Shown here: in pieces, positions 54,984-64,000 of the stretch
Layout: every line of letters starts with the position of its first letter
How positions within the stretch are numbered: the stretch's first letter is position 1
Source: an uncultured Chloroflexia bacterium
GTDB lineage: Bacteria; Chloroflexota; Limnocylindria; Limnocylindrales; CSP1-4
Assembly (NCBI GenBank): GCA_963734535.1
Contig: CAVTHS010000002.1
Location: 160,001 to 224,000 of the forward strand
DNA length: 64,000 bases
Direction of reading: 5' to 3'
The notes under the pieces: model-generated
Seen by the model: the letters and a program-made list of their open reading frames with translations, nothing else
What the model was told of the DNA's origin: nothing
Database searches by the model: none
Position numbers and translations under genes: made by a program

Positions 54984-56728
54984 GCCGCAGAGCGCCGGGG
55001 GCCGTCGAACCGCCGGCCGGCGCCGTCTCCGCCTCCGCGACGGGCCGGCACGCGCGCCCGCCGCGGGCCCGGCCTGCTCGCTCGCCACGCGCGATCGTGG
55101 CCCCCGCCGATGACCGCCAGGCCGCCTTCTACACGCTGGATCACGGATCGGCAACGCTCGCCGGCGCGCTCGTCGGCCGGGTCGACGGATGCTGGCGCCT
55201 GCTTTCGGCAACGGCGCTTCCGACCCGGAGCGGTCCGGATGCGCTCATCGCCCTGCTCGCCCGTCGCCTCGAATCGGTGGACCCGTCACGCGCCGAGGTG
55301 ATCAGGGGCTGGCCGGCCAGCGGGCCGCCGGCCTCTGCGGACGTTCCCCGGCTCGTGGCTCGAAGCCGACCCACCGCGACGCTCGCGGTGATCGCCGCCA
55401 CCGATCGGACGCGGATGAGGCTGGAGGAGGCCGCCGCGGGAGCCGGCTGGAATGTCGTCGCGGGCAGCGCGGAGCGGACCGATCCGCTCGAGCTGACCCG
55501 GCTCGCGACGCGCCCGGGCGTGGTCGCGGTGCTCCTCGGCGTCGCGGATCCGCCCGGTGCCGACGAGCGCGAGCTCGCGACCGAGCTCTCGGTGGCTGCG
55601 GCCGGAATCGCAGCCCGGCGGCCGGGCCTGCGGGTCTTCCTGGCAGGCCCGGTCCCCGACGAGCCCCTGCTGGCGCTCCGGCACGCCCCAGCCATCGAGC
55701 ACTTGCCGGCTCCGCCGAGCGCACCCGGGGAGCTGGCGGGGTCGCCGCTCCGGGATGCCCTGGCCGCGGTCCGCGGGGGTCCCGATGACAGCCGTCGTGC
55801 GCTGGCGGCCGCGGCCGGATCGCTCGCCCGGGTCCTGGGGCTCCGGGTGGAGATCCTCGAGATCGGGGTGTCGGGCGCGGCCCGCGTGCTCGCCTCTCCG
55901 GGACCCGCAGACGACGGGGGAGTGCGGGCCTCGGTCCGGTTGGTCGAGGTTCCCGACGCTGGCCTGTTCCGGATGGACCGGCCCGGCGCGATCGACCGGA
56001 TCGATCACTGGTTCACCCAGGGCGTGGACCGGGCACGGCTCCGAGATCGCCTGGCCGAGCTGGCTGTCGCGCCCTGGGGCGACCTCGATGGAGACGGCGC
56101 GCTCCTGCGGGCAGCCGCGCTCCGCGGAGCGGTGGAGCGCCTGCTCTCGTCGACCGACGCGGAGCTCGGGAGCGCCGGTGTCGACCTCCTTGTCGGCGCG
56201 GGCGGTGCCTGGTCCGCGGTCCCGGGGCCGGCCGCGACCCACATCGTGGCCGACGTGGTCCGTCGTCCCGGCACCGTGCAGGTGGCCATCGATCACGCGC
56301 GCCTCCTCGGGCCGCTCGGCACGATCGAGGACGACGCGGAGCGCGACGCCGTCGTCGCCGATCTCGCGCCGGACCTCCTGCTCCCGGTCGGGACCATCGT
56401 GACGCCGCGTGGCCTGCGGCCGAACCGGCCGGCCGGCCAGCTCTTCCTCGAGACCGCCGCTGGACGATCCGAGATCGACCTGGTCGCCGGGGGCCTGACG
56501 CTGGTGGACCTGCCCCCCGGTGCTCGCGGCACGGCCGAGCTGGCATTCCGCGGAACGCCGGAGCTGGGTCCCCGCGGCCGCCAGTTCCGGGTCGCGGTGA
56601 GCGGCGGCCTTGCCGGGTTGCTGCTCGACCTGCGGGACATCCCGCTCCGGCTCCCCGACCGCCCCGACCGTCGACGCGAGCTGCTGGGGACGTGGGAGCG
56701 GGCGCTCTGGCCCGAGCGCGATTCGTGA
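54980..56728 (+). CDS. GlmL/MutL (glutamate-mutase-L)-like actin-fold protein, divergent
   Basis: Phosphate-1-like TLDHGSAT followed by LVGRVDG.WRLL, second motif LEIGVSG, GAGG adenosine-like motif, C-terminal GGLAGLLLDLRDIPLRLP..RRELL.TW recalled from GlmL-like proteins. Confidence 0.6.
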   Translation: MSRRAPGAVEPPAGAVSASATGRHARPPRARPARSPRAIVAPADDRQAAFYTLDHGSATLAGALVGRVDGCWRLLSATALPTRSGPDALIALLARRLESVDPSRAEVIRGWPASGPPASADVPRLVARSRPTATLAVIAATDRTRMRLEEAAAGAGWNVVAGSAERTDPLELTRLATRPGVVAVLLGVADPPGADERELATELSVAAAGIAARRPGLRVFLAGPVPDEPLLALRHAPAIEHLPAPPSAPGELAGSPLRDALAAVRGGPDDSRRALAAAAGSLARVLGLRVEILEIGVSGAARVLASPGPADDGGVRASVRLVEVPDAGLFRMDRPGAIDRIDHWFTQGVDRARLRDRLAELAVAPWGDLDGDGALLRAAALRGAVERLLSSTDAELGSAGVDLLVGAGGAWSAVPGPAATHIVADVVRRPGTVQVAIDHARLLGPLGTIEDDAERDAVVADLAPDLLLPVGTIVTPRGLRPNRPAGQLFLETAAGRSEIDLVAGGLTLVDLPPGARGTAELAFRGTPELGPRGRQFRVAVSGGLAGLLLDLRDIPLRLPDRPDRRRELLGTWERALWPERDS

Positions 56729-57741
56729 CCGACACGCTCGACCTGGTCCCGGCCCGGCCGTTCATCGTGGAGCGGCCGCGGATTCGGCTGGAGCTGCAGC
56801 CCGGCGACCGGGTGATCGCCGCCGTCGGCGACGAGGTTCACGTCGGCGACGTCCTGGCCGAGCGGATCCGTGACGCTCGGCTGGTCGAGGCCGTCACGCC
56901 GCGGGACGGCGCCGACCAGGGCATCCCGTTGCCAGGTACGTGGCTGCCCGGTGAGCACGCGCGGCCCGGCCGCCATCCCGGCGCACCCGCCGGCGAGCTG
57001 CTCTTCGAGCACGGCGGCCGGCGGCGCCTGGCGACCGGCCCGCACCCCGACCGCCTCCTCGCGCCCGGCGACGGCCGGATCCTCGAGGTGGAGCCGGGCG
57101 TCGCGCTGGTGCTGGAGGTCCAGGGCCCGGGGCTCGCCGCGACCGAGCTGCTCGGGGAGCCCCACTCGGGCCGGCTGGTGGTCCTTCCCGACGACTCCGA
57201 TTCGCGCCTGGCGCTCGACGTGGCCCTCGCCGGGTCGGTGGTGGTCCTGCCCGGACGGGTGGATGCCGAGGCGCTTGCGCGGGCACGGGCGATGGGGATC
57301 CATGGCGCCATCGTGGGCTCGCTCGCCGAGCGCGATCGGCGTGACCTCGTCGCGTCGGCGGCCCGTCAGCAGGCCGGCCTCCACCGCCTGGCGCCGTTCG
57401 GTGTGCTCGTGGTGGGCGGCTACCTCCGCCGCGCATTCCCCCGTGCCGTCCAGTCCGTCCTCGAGGCGGCCGCCGGTTCGCTCGTCGGCCTCGTCGGCGA
57501 TCCGCCGCTGCTGCTCCTCCCGGAGGATCTCGCGCTGCCCGTGCCGGCGCCAGATCGGGTCGTCGTTCGGGGTGGCTCCGAGGCAGGCCTCGAGGGCCGC
57601 TGGCTGGGGCCGGGCGGACTCCGCCGCGTCCGGAGCGGGATCACGGCGGAGACGGGCCTCGTCAGGCTCGATGACGGCCGGACGGTCGCGATCCCGATCG
57701 GAGAGCTGGAGCGGTTCGCCGTCCACGCCGCCAACGGGTAG
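56725..57741 (+). CDS. Uncharacterised protein with barrel-sandwich-hybrid N-terminus and KOW-like C-terminus
   Basis: VGDEVHVGDVLA..APGDGRILEV (biotinyl/lipoyl-like repeat without the modified Lys), central VVVLPGRVDAEAL..A.GIHGAIVGS, C-terminal DRVVVRGG..G.EG..VRLDDGRTVAIPIGELE. Confidence 0.65.
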   Translation: MTDTLDLVPARPFIVERPRIRLELQPGDRVIAAVGDEVHVGDVLAERIRDARLVEAVTPRDGADQGIPLPGTWLPGEHARPGRHPGAPAGELLFEHGGRRRLATGPHPDRLLAPGDGRILEVEPGVALVLEVQGPGLAATELLGEPHSGRLVVLPDDSDSRLALDVALAGSVVVLPGRVDAEALARARAMGIHGAIVGSLAERDRRDLVASAARQQAGLHRLAPFGVLVVGGYLRRAFPRAVQSVLEAAAGSLVGLVGDPPLLLLPEDLALPVPAPDRVVVRGGSEAGLEGRWLGPGGLRRVRSGITAETGLVRLDDGRTVAIPIGELERFAVHAANG

Positions 57742-57822
57742 GCTCTGCAGCGTGTCATCCTCCTCTGCATCTCGCGGCCTGGCTCACCGGCTCGCTGCCC
57801 GCCCGGTGGGCGTGGCCTTCGG

Positions 57823-58293
57823 ATGACCGGTGCGCTGCCCCCGATTCGGCTGCTCGCGCCCGACCCCGCCGCGACGCGCGCCCTCGGCGAACGCCTGGGG
57901 AGGGCCGCCGTGGCGGGTGACGTGATCGCGCTCAGCGGGCCGCTGGGGGCAGGCAAGACCGAGCTCGCGCGCGGGATCGCACGCGGCCTTGGCGTGGTGG
58001 GCCCGGTCAGCTCGCCGACCTTCGTCCTCGTCGCGGAGCACGAGGGTCGCCTGCCGCTCTTCCACCTCGACGGCTATCGCCTTGCCAGTCCCGAGGACGC
58101 GCTCGGGGCGGGGCTGCTCGACGAGCGGCGTGCCGCGGGCGTCACGGTCGTCGAATGGGCCGAGCGCCTCTCCGCCGCGCTGCCGGTCGGCCGTCTCGAG
58201 ATCCGCCTCGACGGGTCCGGCGACGACCCGAGAACGCTTGTCTGCCGTGCGACCGACGTCCGCCACGCGCTGCTCCTCGAGGCCCTGGTATGA
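57823..58293 (+). CDS. tsaE: t6A biosynthesis ATPase TsaE
   Basis: LSGPLGAGKT, VSSPTF, H.D.YRL, VEW. Confidence 0.95.
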   Translation: MTGALPPIRLLAPDPAATRALGERLGRAAVAGDVIALSGPLGAGKTELARGIARGLGVVGPVSSPTFVLVAEHEGRLPLFHLDGYRLASPEDALGAGLLDERRAAGVTVVEWAERLSAALPVGRLEIRLDGSGDDPRTLVCRATDVRHALLLEALV

Positions 58294-59030
58294 CCGCGAC
58301 GAGCGAAGGCGGGCTGCTGCTGGCGATCGACACGTCGACCTCCCGGGCCGTGCTCGCCCTCGGACGGTCGAACGGAACGCTGCTCGCGGCCGACATGTGG
58401 GATGCGGGCCATCGACATGTCGAGGAGCTGCTGCCGCGCCTCGAAGGGTTCCTCGAGGGTCGCGGCCTCGACCGAGCGGCGCTCGCGAGCCTTTCCGGCA
58501 TCGTTGTCGGGACGGGCCCCGGCGCCTTCACGGGGCTTCGCGTGGGGATCGCGACGGCGAAGGCCCTCGCACTCGCGTTCGACCGGCCGCTGCTCGCGAT
58601 CGGGAGCGGCGCCGCGCTGCTCGCTGCCGCCGCCGACGCCGATCCGGCGACCGACCCGGCGCGCCTCCTGGTCCTGATGCCGGCCGGCCCCACGGGCCGC
58701 TACGTCGTCACGGTGGCCGGCACGCGGGTCGTCATCGGGGATGAGATGCCCGATCTCGCCCCCGGCTCGGTGCCGGTCGCGGTTGACCTCGCCGCGCGCG
58801 CGCCCGACGCCGCCGTCGCGCGCGGCGAGGCCGCCATCGACCGCTTCCCGGGAATGCTTCTTCGGCTGGGCGCTGCGCGGCTCGCGGCTGGTGGCGCCGA
58901 TGAGCCCGCGGAGGTCGTTCCCGAGTACGTCTCGCTCCCGCGCGGCGCTGCGCGCGATGCAGGTGCAGCCCGTTCGGCCGACGCCGCGGGAGCCGGGATC
59001 GTGACGACGTGGTCGCCCGCCCGCCCGTGA
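58290..59030 (+). CDS. tsaB: t6A biosynthesis protein TsaB
   Basis: LAIDTST, H.E.LLP, GPGAFTGLRVG. Confidence 0.93.
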   Translation: MTATSEGGLLLAIDTSTSRAVLALGRSNGTLLAADMWDAGHRHVEELLPRLEGFLEGRGLDRAALASLSGIVVGTGPGAFTGLRVGIATAKALALAFDRPLLAIGSGAALLAAAADADPATDPARLLVLMPAGPTGRYVVTVAGTRVVIGDEMPDLAPGSVPVAVDLAARAPDAAVARGEAAIDRFPGMLLRLGAARLAAGGADEPAEVVPEYVSLPRGAARDAGAARSADAAGAGIVTTWSPARP

Positions 59031-59572
59031 GGCTCGTCATCGAGCCGATGGCCCACGTGGACCTGCCTGCGGTACAGGCGATCGAACGCGCCAGCTTCAC
59101 CACGCCCTGGCCGGAGCATGCCTACCAGGCAGAGCTCGAGACGAACAAGCTGGCACGCTACCTCGTCGTCCGGGCCGGGCACGAGGTCGTCGCCTATGCC
59201 GGGATCTGGCTCATGGTGGACGAGGCCCACATCACGACCTTCGCCGTTGCGCCGGCGTGGCGCCGGCGGAGGATCGGGGAGCGTCTGCTCACCGCGGCGC
59301 TGGACCTCTCGATTGCCCGTGGCGCCCGCGAAGCGACGCTGGAGGTCCGCCTCTCGAACCTGCCGGCCCGCCGGCTCTACGAGAAGTACGGCTTCCGGCC
59401 GGTCGGGATCCGGCCCCGCTACTACAGCGACGATCACGAGGACGCGCTGATCATGACCACGGAGCCGCTCCTCTCACCCGGGATGCAGGCGCGCCTCGCG
59501 GCGCTCGGCGCCCAGCTCGCCGCGCTGCCCGACCCGGAGCCGCCGGACGCGCCGCCGGCGATCGGCTCGTGA
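59009..59572 (+). CDS. rimI: Ribosomal-protein-alanine N-acetyltransferase
   Basis: IERASFTTPW, EAHITTFAV, LEVRLSN, RPRYY..EDALIM. Confidence 0.93.
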   Translation: MVARPPVRLVIEPMAHVDLPAVQAIERASFTTPWPEHAYQAELETNKLARYLVVRAGHEVVAYAGIWLMVDEAHITTFAVAPAWRRRRIGERLLTAALDLSIARGAREATLEVRLSNLPARRLYEKYGFRPVGIRPRYYSDDHEDALIMTTEPLLSPGMQARLAALGAQLAALPDPEPPDAPPAIGS

Positions 59573-60771
59573 GCCCCCGCGAACCCGTGCTCCTGGCGAT
59601 CGAATCGTCCTGCGATGAGACCGGGGTCGCGCTCGTCGCGGGAGGGCGCCGGATCCTGGCCCAGGCGGTGGCGAGCCAGATCGCGCTCCACGCGCCGGCT
59701 GGCGGGATCGTGCCCGAGCTCGCCGCCCGCGCACACCTGCGCTGGATCGTGCCCGCGCTTCGTGACGTCCTCGAGAGCGCAGGCGTGACCATCCCCGAGG
59801 TCGACGGGATCGCGGTCACCGCCGGCCCAGGCCTCGCAGGCTCGCTCCTGGTCGGCATCGCCTTCGCGAAGACGCTGGCATGGGCGCACCAGCGTCCGCT
59901 CGTCGGCGTCAACCACCTCGAGGGGCACCTCTACGCGGCATGGCTCCTGGAGCGCGACGAGCCGGAGCGCCCGGCGCCCCCCTTCCCGCTCGTGGCGCTC
60001 GTCGTCTCCGGTGGTCATACGTTCCTCGTCGAGATGCGAGACCACCTTGCCTACCGGCTCCTCGGTGAGACCGTCGACGATGCGGCGGGCGAGGCGTTCG
60101 ACAAGGCCGGGCGCCTGCTCGGCCTCGGCTATCCTGGCGGCCCGGCCATTGCCGCCGCCGCGACCGGCGCACGCCGCCGCGACGCGGTCCTCCCGCGGGC
60201 GTGGCTCGGCCGCTCGTACGACTTCAGCTTCTCCGGGCTCAAGACCGCCCTGCGGCGCCAGGTCGAGGCGGAGCTCGCCGCGGGGGCACGGCCCGGCACC
60301 GAGGCAGGCGGCCGCCTCGATGCACTCCGTGTCGCCGAGCTGGCGTGGGGCTTCCAGGAGGCGGTCGTCGACGTCCTGGCGACCAAGACCCTGCGCGCGG
60401 CCGACGAGACGGCCGCACGAGCCGTCGTGCTCGGCGGCGGGGTGGCCTCGAACGTGGCGCTCCGTGAGCGGATCGCCGCCGGCGCCTCCGCGCGCGGCCT
60501 GCCCGTCTTCATCCCGCCGCCGGACCTCTGCACGGACAACGGGGCGATGATCGCGGCGGCCGGCTGGCAGCGGTTCGTGGCCGGGGAACGCGCGGGCAGC
60601 GATCTCGGGGCGCGGCCCGCGTGGCCCCTCGTCCGTCCGTTCGGGACGCCCGACACGCGTCGCCCGCCCCGCCGCGGCCCTGCCGCACGCGCCTACGAGG
60701 CCGCACTCGCCGCCGAGCGAGACGCCGCGGGCGAAGTCCCCATGTCCGTGCCCGGCGAGCGCGCGAGGTGA
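59569..60771 (+). CDS. tsaD: t6A transferase TsaD
   Basis: LAIESSCDETG, HLEGH, VSGGHT, DDAAGEAFDK, FSFSGLKT, CTDNGAMIA. Confidence 0.96.
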   Translation: MSPREPVLLAIESSCDETGVALVAGGRRILAQAVASQIALHAPAGGIVPELAARAHLRWIVPALRDVLESAGVTIPEVDGIAVTAGPGLAGSLLVGIAFAKTLAWAHQRPLVGVNHLEGHLYAAWLLERDEPERPAPPFPLVALVVSGGHTFLVEMRDHLAYRLLGETVDDAAGEAFDKAGRLLGLGYPGGPAIAAAATGARRRDAVLPRAWLGRSYDFSFSGLKTALRRQVEAELAAGARPGTEAGGRLDALRVAELAWGFQEAVVDVLATKTLRAADETAARAVVLGGGVASNVALRERIAAGASARGLPVFIPPPDLCTDNGAMIAAAGWQRFVAGERAGSDLGARPAWPLVRPFGTPDTRRPPRRGPAARAYEAALAAERDAAGEVPMSVPGERAR

Positions 60772-61829
60772 CCGGCGTGCGGCTCGATCCGGCCGCTGTC
60801 CGGCGGACGCTGCGGGCTGCCGGCCTGCGTCCGCAGCGCCGGTTCAGCCAGAACTTCCTGGTGGACGTCGACGTGCTCGAGGCGATCCTCGACGCGTCCG
60901 GGGCGTCACCCGGCCGGACCGTCCTCGAGATCGGGCCGGGGCTCGGGATCCTGACCGGCGGGCTGCTGGAGGTGGGCGCCGCCGTGACGGCGGTCGAGCT
61001 CGACCGGGGGATGGTGGAGCACCTCGCCGTGGCCTTCGAGCCGGCAATCGCGGGCGCCGCCGACGGGCCCCGCCCGCCCGCGCCCAACCCCCCGGGGACG
61101 CTTCGCCTTGTCGCGGCCGACATCCTCGACGCAGACCTGCCCCGACTGCTGGCCGCCCCGTACGACGTGGTCGCGAACCTGCCATACCACGTGACGAGCC
61201 CGATCCTGCACCGGATGCTCGGCTCGGAGCCGCGCCCCGAGCACTGCATCCTGATGGTCCAGCGGGAGGTGGCCGAACGCGTCGCGGCCCGGCCCGGGTC
61301 GATGAGCTACCTGTCGGTCTTCGTCCAGTATCACGCCGCCGCCTCGTTGGTCCGGACCGTTCCGCGCGACGCGTTCGAGCCGGCCCCGGCCGTCGACTCG
61401 GCGATCCTCGCCCTCGACGTGCGGCCCGCCGACGCCCCGGGCCGCCTCCCGGTCGAGATGGAGGATCACCTCTGGCGGCTCGTCCAGGCGGGCTTCCGTG
61501 AGCGTCGCAAGATGCTCAGGAACGTGCTCGGCCGGCAGCTGCCCGTGGACCAGGCGACGGTGGACGCCGCGCTCGCGGCCGCCGGGATCGCCGGCGACCG
61601 CCGCCCGCAGACGCTCTCGGTGGCGGAATGGATCGGCCTGCTCGGCGCCCTCGGCCCGCTGCCGCCGGACGATCGGGGCCGCCGCGGCGCACGCGCCGGG
61701 ATCCCCGAAGACGACGAACCCGCCCCCGCGACGGCGGACGGGTGGGAAGCTGCGGGCGAAGCCGGTGCCCGGGGCGCGCAGCGTCGCGTCGGCGGTCCCG
61801 AGCGCCGGCGCGATCCAGGCCGTGGGTGA
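60768..61829 (+). CDS. rsmA: 16S rRNA m6,2A dimethyltransferase RsmA/KsgA
   Basis: FSQNFL, LEIGPGLG.LT, VANLPYH, MVQREVAER, RRKMLRN. Confidence 0.94.
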   Translation: MTGVRLDPAAVRRTLRAAGLRPQRRFSQNFLVDVDVLEAILDASGASPGRTVLEIGPGLGILTGGLLEVGAAVTAVELDRGMVEHLAVAFEPAIAGAADGPRPPAPNPPGTLRLVAADILDADLPRLLAAPYDVVANLPYHVTSPILHRMLGSEPRPEHCILMVQREVAERVAARPGSMSYLSVFVQYHAAASLVRTVPRDAFEPAPAVDSAILALDVRPADAPGRLPVEMEDHLWRLVQAGFRERRKMLRNVLGRQLPVDQATVDAALAAAGIAGDRRPQTLSVAEWIGLLGALGPLPPDDRGRRGARAGIPEDDEPAPATADGWEAAGEAGARGAQRRVGGPERRRDPGRG

Positions 61830-61839
61830 GCCGAGCTCG

Positions 61840-62919
61840 ATGAGCGACGCGCTCCGCCGCGTGACGCCCGCGGTTCGGGTGGCGCCGGCCAAGCTCAACC
61901 TGACGCTCGCGATCGTCGGCCGGCGCGAAGACGGCTTCCACGCGCTCCACTCGGTGATGGTCCCGCTCGAGGTCGCCGACCGGCTGGCGCTCGCGCCGGC
62001 GTTCGCGTCGGCCGACACGCTCCACGTGACCGGCACGGCGACGTCCGAGCTGGGATCGCCCGACCTGGGGCCGGATCTGGGGCCGCCCGACCGGAATCTC
62101 GTCCTCCGCGCGATCAGCACGGCGCGGGCGGCCTGCCGCGCCCGGGGCGTCGACGCCGCCCTTCCGGCGCTCGCGGCACGCCTCGAGAAGCGGATCCCGG
62201 TCGCTGCGGGCCTGGGCGGCGGGAGCAGCGACGCGGCCGCGGCCATCGACGCCGCCCTCGAGGCATGGGGCGTCGCGGGGGTCGTCGCCCCTGCGGCTCG
62301 GGCGTCCATCGCGTCGAGCCTCGGCTCCGACGTGCCGTTCTTCCTGGCGGGGGGCTGGGCGCTGGTGGAAGGGCGGGGCGAGCGCGTGACGCCGCTGCCG
62401 GCGCCACGTGGCCCGGAACCGGCAGTGCTGCTCGTGACCCCCGGGACCGGGGTGTCGACGGCCGCGGTGTTCGCCGCGTTCGCAGGTGGGGCCCGGCCGG
62501 CTCCAGGAGCCGCCCTCGCGTCATCGCGCCACCTCGCAGGCGAGCTTGCCGCGGGCATGACGGCTGCGCGTTTCGTCGAGCGCGCCGGGATCATGGCGGT
62601 CGCGAACGACCTCGCTCCGGCAACCGCAGCCGTTGCACCGTCGCTCGTGCCGTTCCGCCGCGCGTTGGGACGCGTCGTGGGGCGACCAGTCGGGCAGTCC
62701 GGGTCGGGGCCGACGCTGTGGGTCCTCTATCCTTCGCTGGCGGCCGCCGAGACGGCGGCGATCGTCGTCCGCGCGGCGCTCGCCTCGGGCGAGCTTCCCG
62801 CCTCGGGCGAGCGACCACCCTTCGTATGCGCCACCCGAATCCGGGCCGGCGATCCCCGCAGCCCCGTCGACGCCGGCCCGGACCGGCCCGCGCCGACCAC
62901 ACACGATGGAGGTACCTGA
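61840..62919 (+). CDS. ispE: 4-(cytidine 5'-diphospho)-2-C-methyl-D-erythritol kinase
   Basis: APAKLNL, KRIPVAAGLGGGSSDAA, LGSDVPFF, SGSGPT. Confidence 0.94.
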   Translation: MSDALRRVTPAVRVAPAKLNLTLAIVGRREDGFHALHSVMVPLEVADRLALAPAFASADTLHVTGTATSELGSPDLGPDLGPPDRNLVLRAISTARAACRARGVDAALPALAARLEKRIPVAAGLGGGSSDAAAAIDAALEAWGVAGVVAPAARASIASSLGSDVPFFLAGGWALVEGRGERVTPLPAPRGPEPAVLLVTPGTGVSTAAVFAAFAGGARPAPGAALASSRHLAGELAAGMTAARFVERAGIMAVANDLAPATAAVAPSLVPFRRALGRVVGRPVGQSGSGPTLWVLYPSLAAAETAAIVVRAALASGELPASGERPPFVCATRIRAGDPRSPVDAGPDRPAPTTHDGGT

Positions 62920-63305
62920 TGCCGCGCACCGCGATCTCGACCCCGCACGCGCCCGGCGCGATCGGGCCGTACAGCCAGGCCATCCGCAGCGATGGCTACC
63001 TCTTCTGCTCGGGTCAGCTGGGCCTCGATCCGGCGACCGGCGACTTCGCTTCGGCAGATGTCGGTGCCCAGGCCGAGCAGGCGCTCCGCAATCTCGCCGC
63101 GGTGCTCGAGGTGGCTGGCCTCTCGTTCGCGGACGTGGTGAAGACGACGATCTTCCTCGCCGACATGGCCGACTTCGCGACCGTGAACGGCATCTACGCG
63201 CGCTTCGTCACCGACCCGCCGCCGGCGCGCTCGACGGTCGCCGTCGCCGCGCTGCCAAAGGGCGGCCGCGTCGAGATCGAGGCGATCGCGCGGCTCGCCG
63301 GCTGA
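62919..63305 (+). CDS. ridA: RidA/YjgF enamine deaminase
   Basis: APGAIGPYSQA, SGQL, PARSTV.V..LP, EIEAIA. Confidence 0.94.
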   Translation: MPRTAISTPHAPGAIGPYSQAIRSDGYLFCSGQLGLDPATGDFASADVGAQAEQALRNLAAVLEVAGLSFADVVKTTIFLADMADFATVNGIYARFVTDPPPARSTVAVAALPKGGRVEIEAIARLAG

Positions 63306-63366
63306 GCTGCCGGCCCGGGCCGTCCGGCGCGCCGCCCGGCTCGATCCGCCCGGCGGGTCCGTCCGT

Positions 63367-63396
63367 TTGACACCCTCGATGGCGTGCCCCTACGAT
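63367..63396 (+). promoter_or_regulatory. sigma70 promoter upstream of glmU
   Basis: TTGACA, 18-nt spacer, TACGAT, following a GC hairpin region after ridA. Confidence 0.6.
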
Positions 63397-63498
63397 CCCG
63401 GGACACCAGATGCCCACTGAACCACCCACGCCGGACGGCAGACGCTCGGACCCGGCGCGCCTCGCGCCCCCGGGATGCCCAGCCGGGCCGAGCCCCCG

Positions 63499-64000
63499 AT
63501 GACCTCCCGGGAGACGCTTCCCGACGCCGCCCACGTTCCCGTTCGGGCTGGTGCTGGCGGGCCGATCGCGGTCATCCTCGCCGGTGGTCTCGGGACGCGT
63601 ATGCGATCGGACCTCCCGAAGCTGCTCCACACGCTCTGCGGGCGACCCATGCTCGCCTTCGTCATGGACGCGGCCCGCGCGGCCACGGGACGCGACCCGG
63701 TCGTGGTGACATCGCCGGCGACGGCCGCGGTCCGCGACGCGTTTCCGGCCGGGGTCGCGTTCGCGCTCCAGGAACGCCCCGACGGATCGGGCGATGCGGT
63801 CCGGGCCGCGCTCGTCGCCGTGCCGGCCGACGCGGCCGAGATCGTCGTCCTCAACGGCGACATTCCGTTGATCGACGCTCGCATCGTGACCGGGGTGCTT
63901 GATGCGCGCCGCGCGGCCGGCGCCGCGATCGCGCTCGTCTCGTTCGAGGCGTGGGAGCCCGGTGCGCTGGGCCGCGTGATCCGGACGCCGGACGGCGAAC
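63499..64000 (+). CDS. glmU: GlmU-type nucleotidyltransferase, 5' part (runs off the window)
   Basis: Hand translation VILAGGLGTRMRSDLPKLLHTLCGRPML..LQERPDGSGDAV..LNGDIPL. Confidence 0.85.
   Translation, partial: MTSRETLPDAAHVPVRAGAGGPIAVILAGGLGTRMRSDLPKLLHTLCGRPMLAFVMDAARAATGRDPVVVTSPATAAVRDAFPAGVAFALQERPDGSGDAVRAALVAVPADAAEIVVLNGDIPLIDARIVTGVLDARRAAGAAIALVSFEAWEPGALGRVIRTPDGE

Noticed and set aside
57742-57822. TCCTCCTCT tract reading as a strong SD (AGAGGAGG) on the minus strand
   Set aside because: The ATG follows with no spacing and the antisense ORF is low-complexity; no support for a gene.

Overview
A very GC-rich bacterial core-genome window with every recognisable gene on the + strand. 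Protein features (RpoC insertion, gene order, Ser/Pro-rich tails) suggest Chloroflexota, probably Limnocylindria/Ellin6529; this is inference. Gene order: clpC-radA-yacL(PIN/TRAM)-ispDF-cysS-rlmB; tRNA-Thr/Tyr/Thr-tuf-rpmG-tRNA-Trp-secE-nusG-rplKAJL-rpoBC; the complete str/S10/spc/alpha ribosomal superoperon through truA-rplM-rpsI; a TPR gene; cdaA-cdaR-glmM-glmS-acpS-nnrD-alr; a tightly coupled uncharacterised 4-gene module; then tsaE-tsaB-rimI-tsaD-rsmA-ispE-ridA-glmU (partial). The module consists of a macrodomain protein, a 96-aa helical protein, a GlmL/MutL-like actin-fold protein and a barrel-sandwich/KOW-like protein, and is the best candidate for an undescribed system. About nine single-base frameshifts in core genes, several essential, point to long-read assembly errors rather than pseudogenes. 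Other notable signals: tuf identity extending into the starts of two unrelated downstream genes, an expanded L10 leader, a closed stem spanning the rpsJ-rplC spacer, recurrent extended -10 promoters (two apparently leaderless), and acidic tails with NPF/EPF motifs on RNA polymerase subunits. No mobile elements, CRISPR arrays or rRNA were seen. All family calls come from reading motifs by eye, not from database searches.
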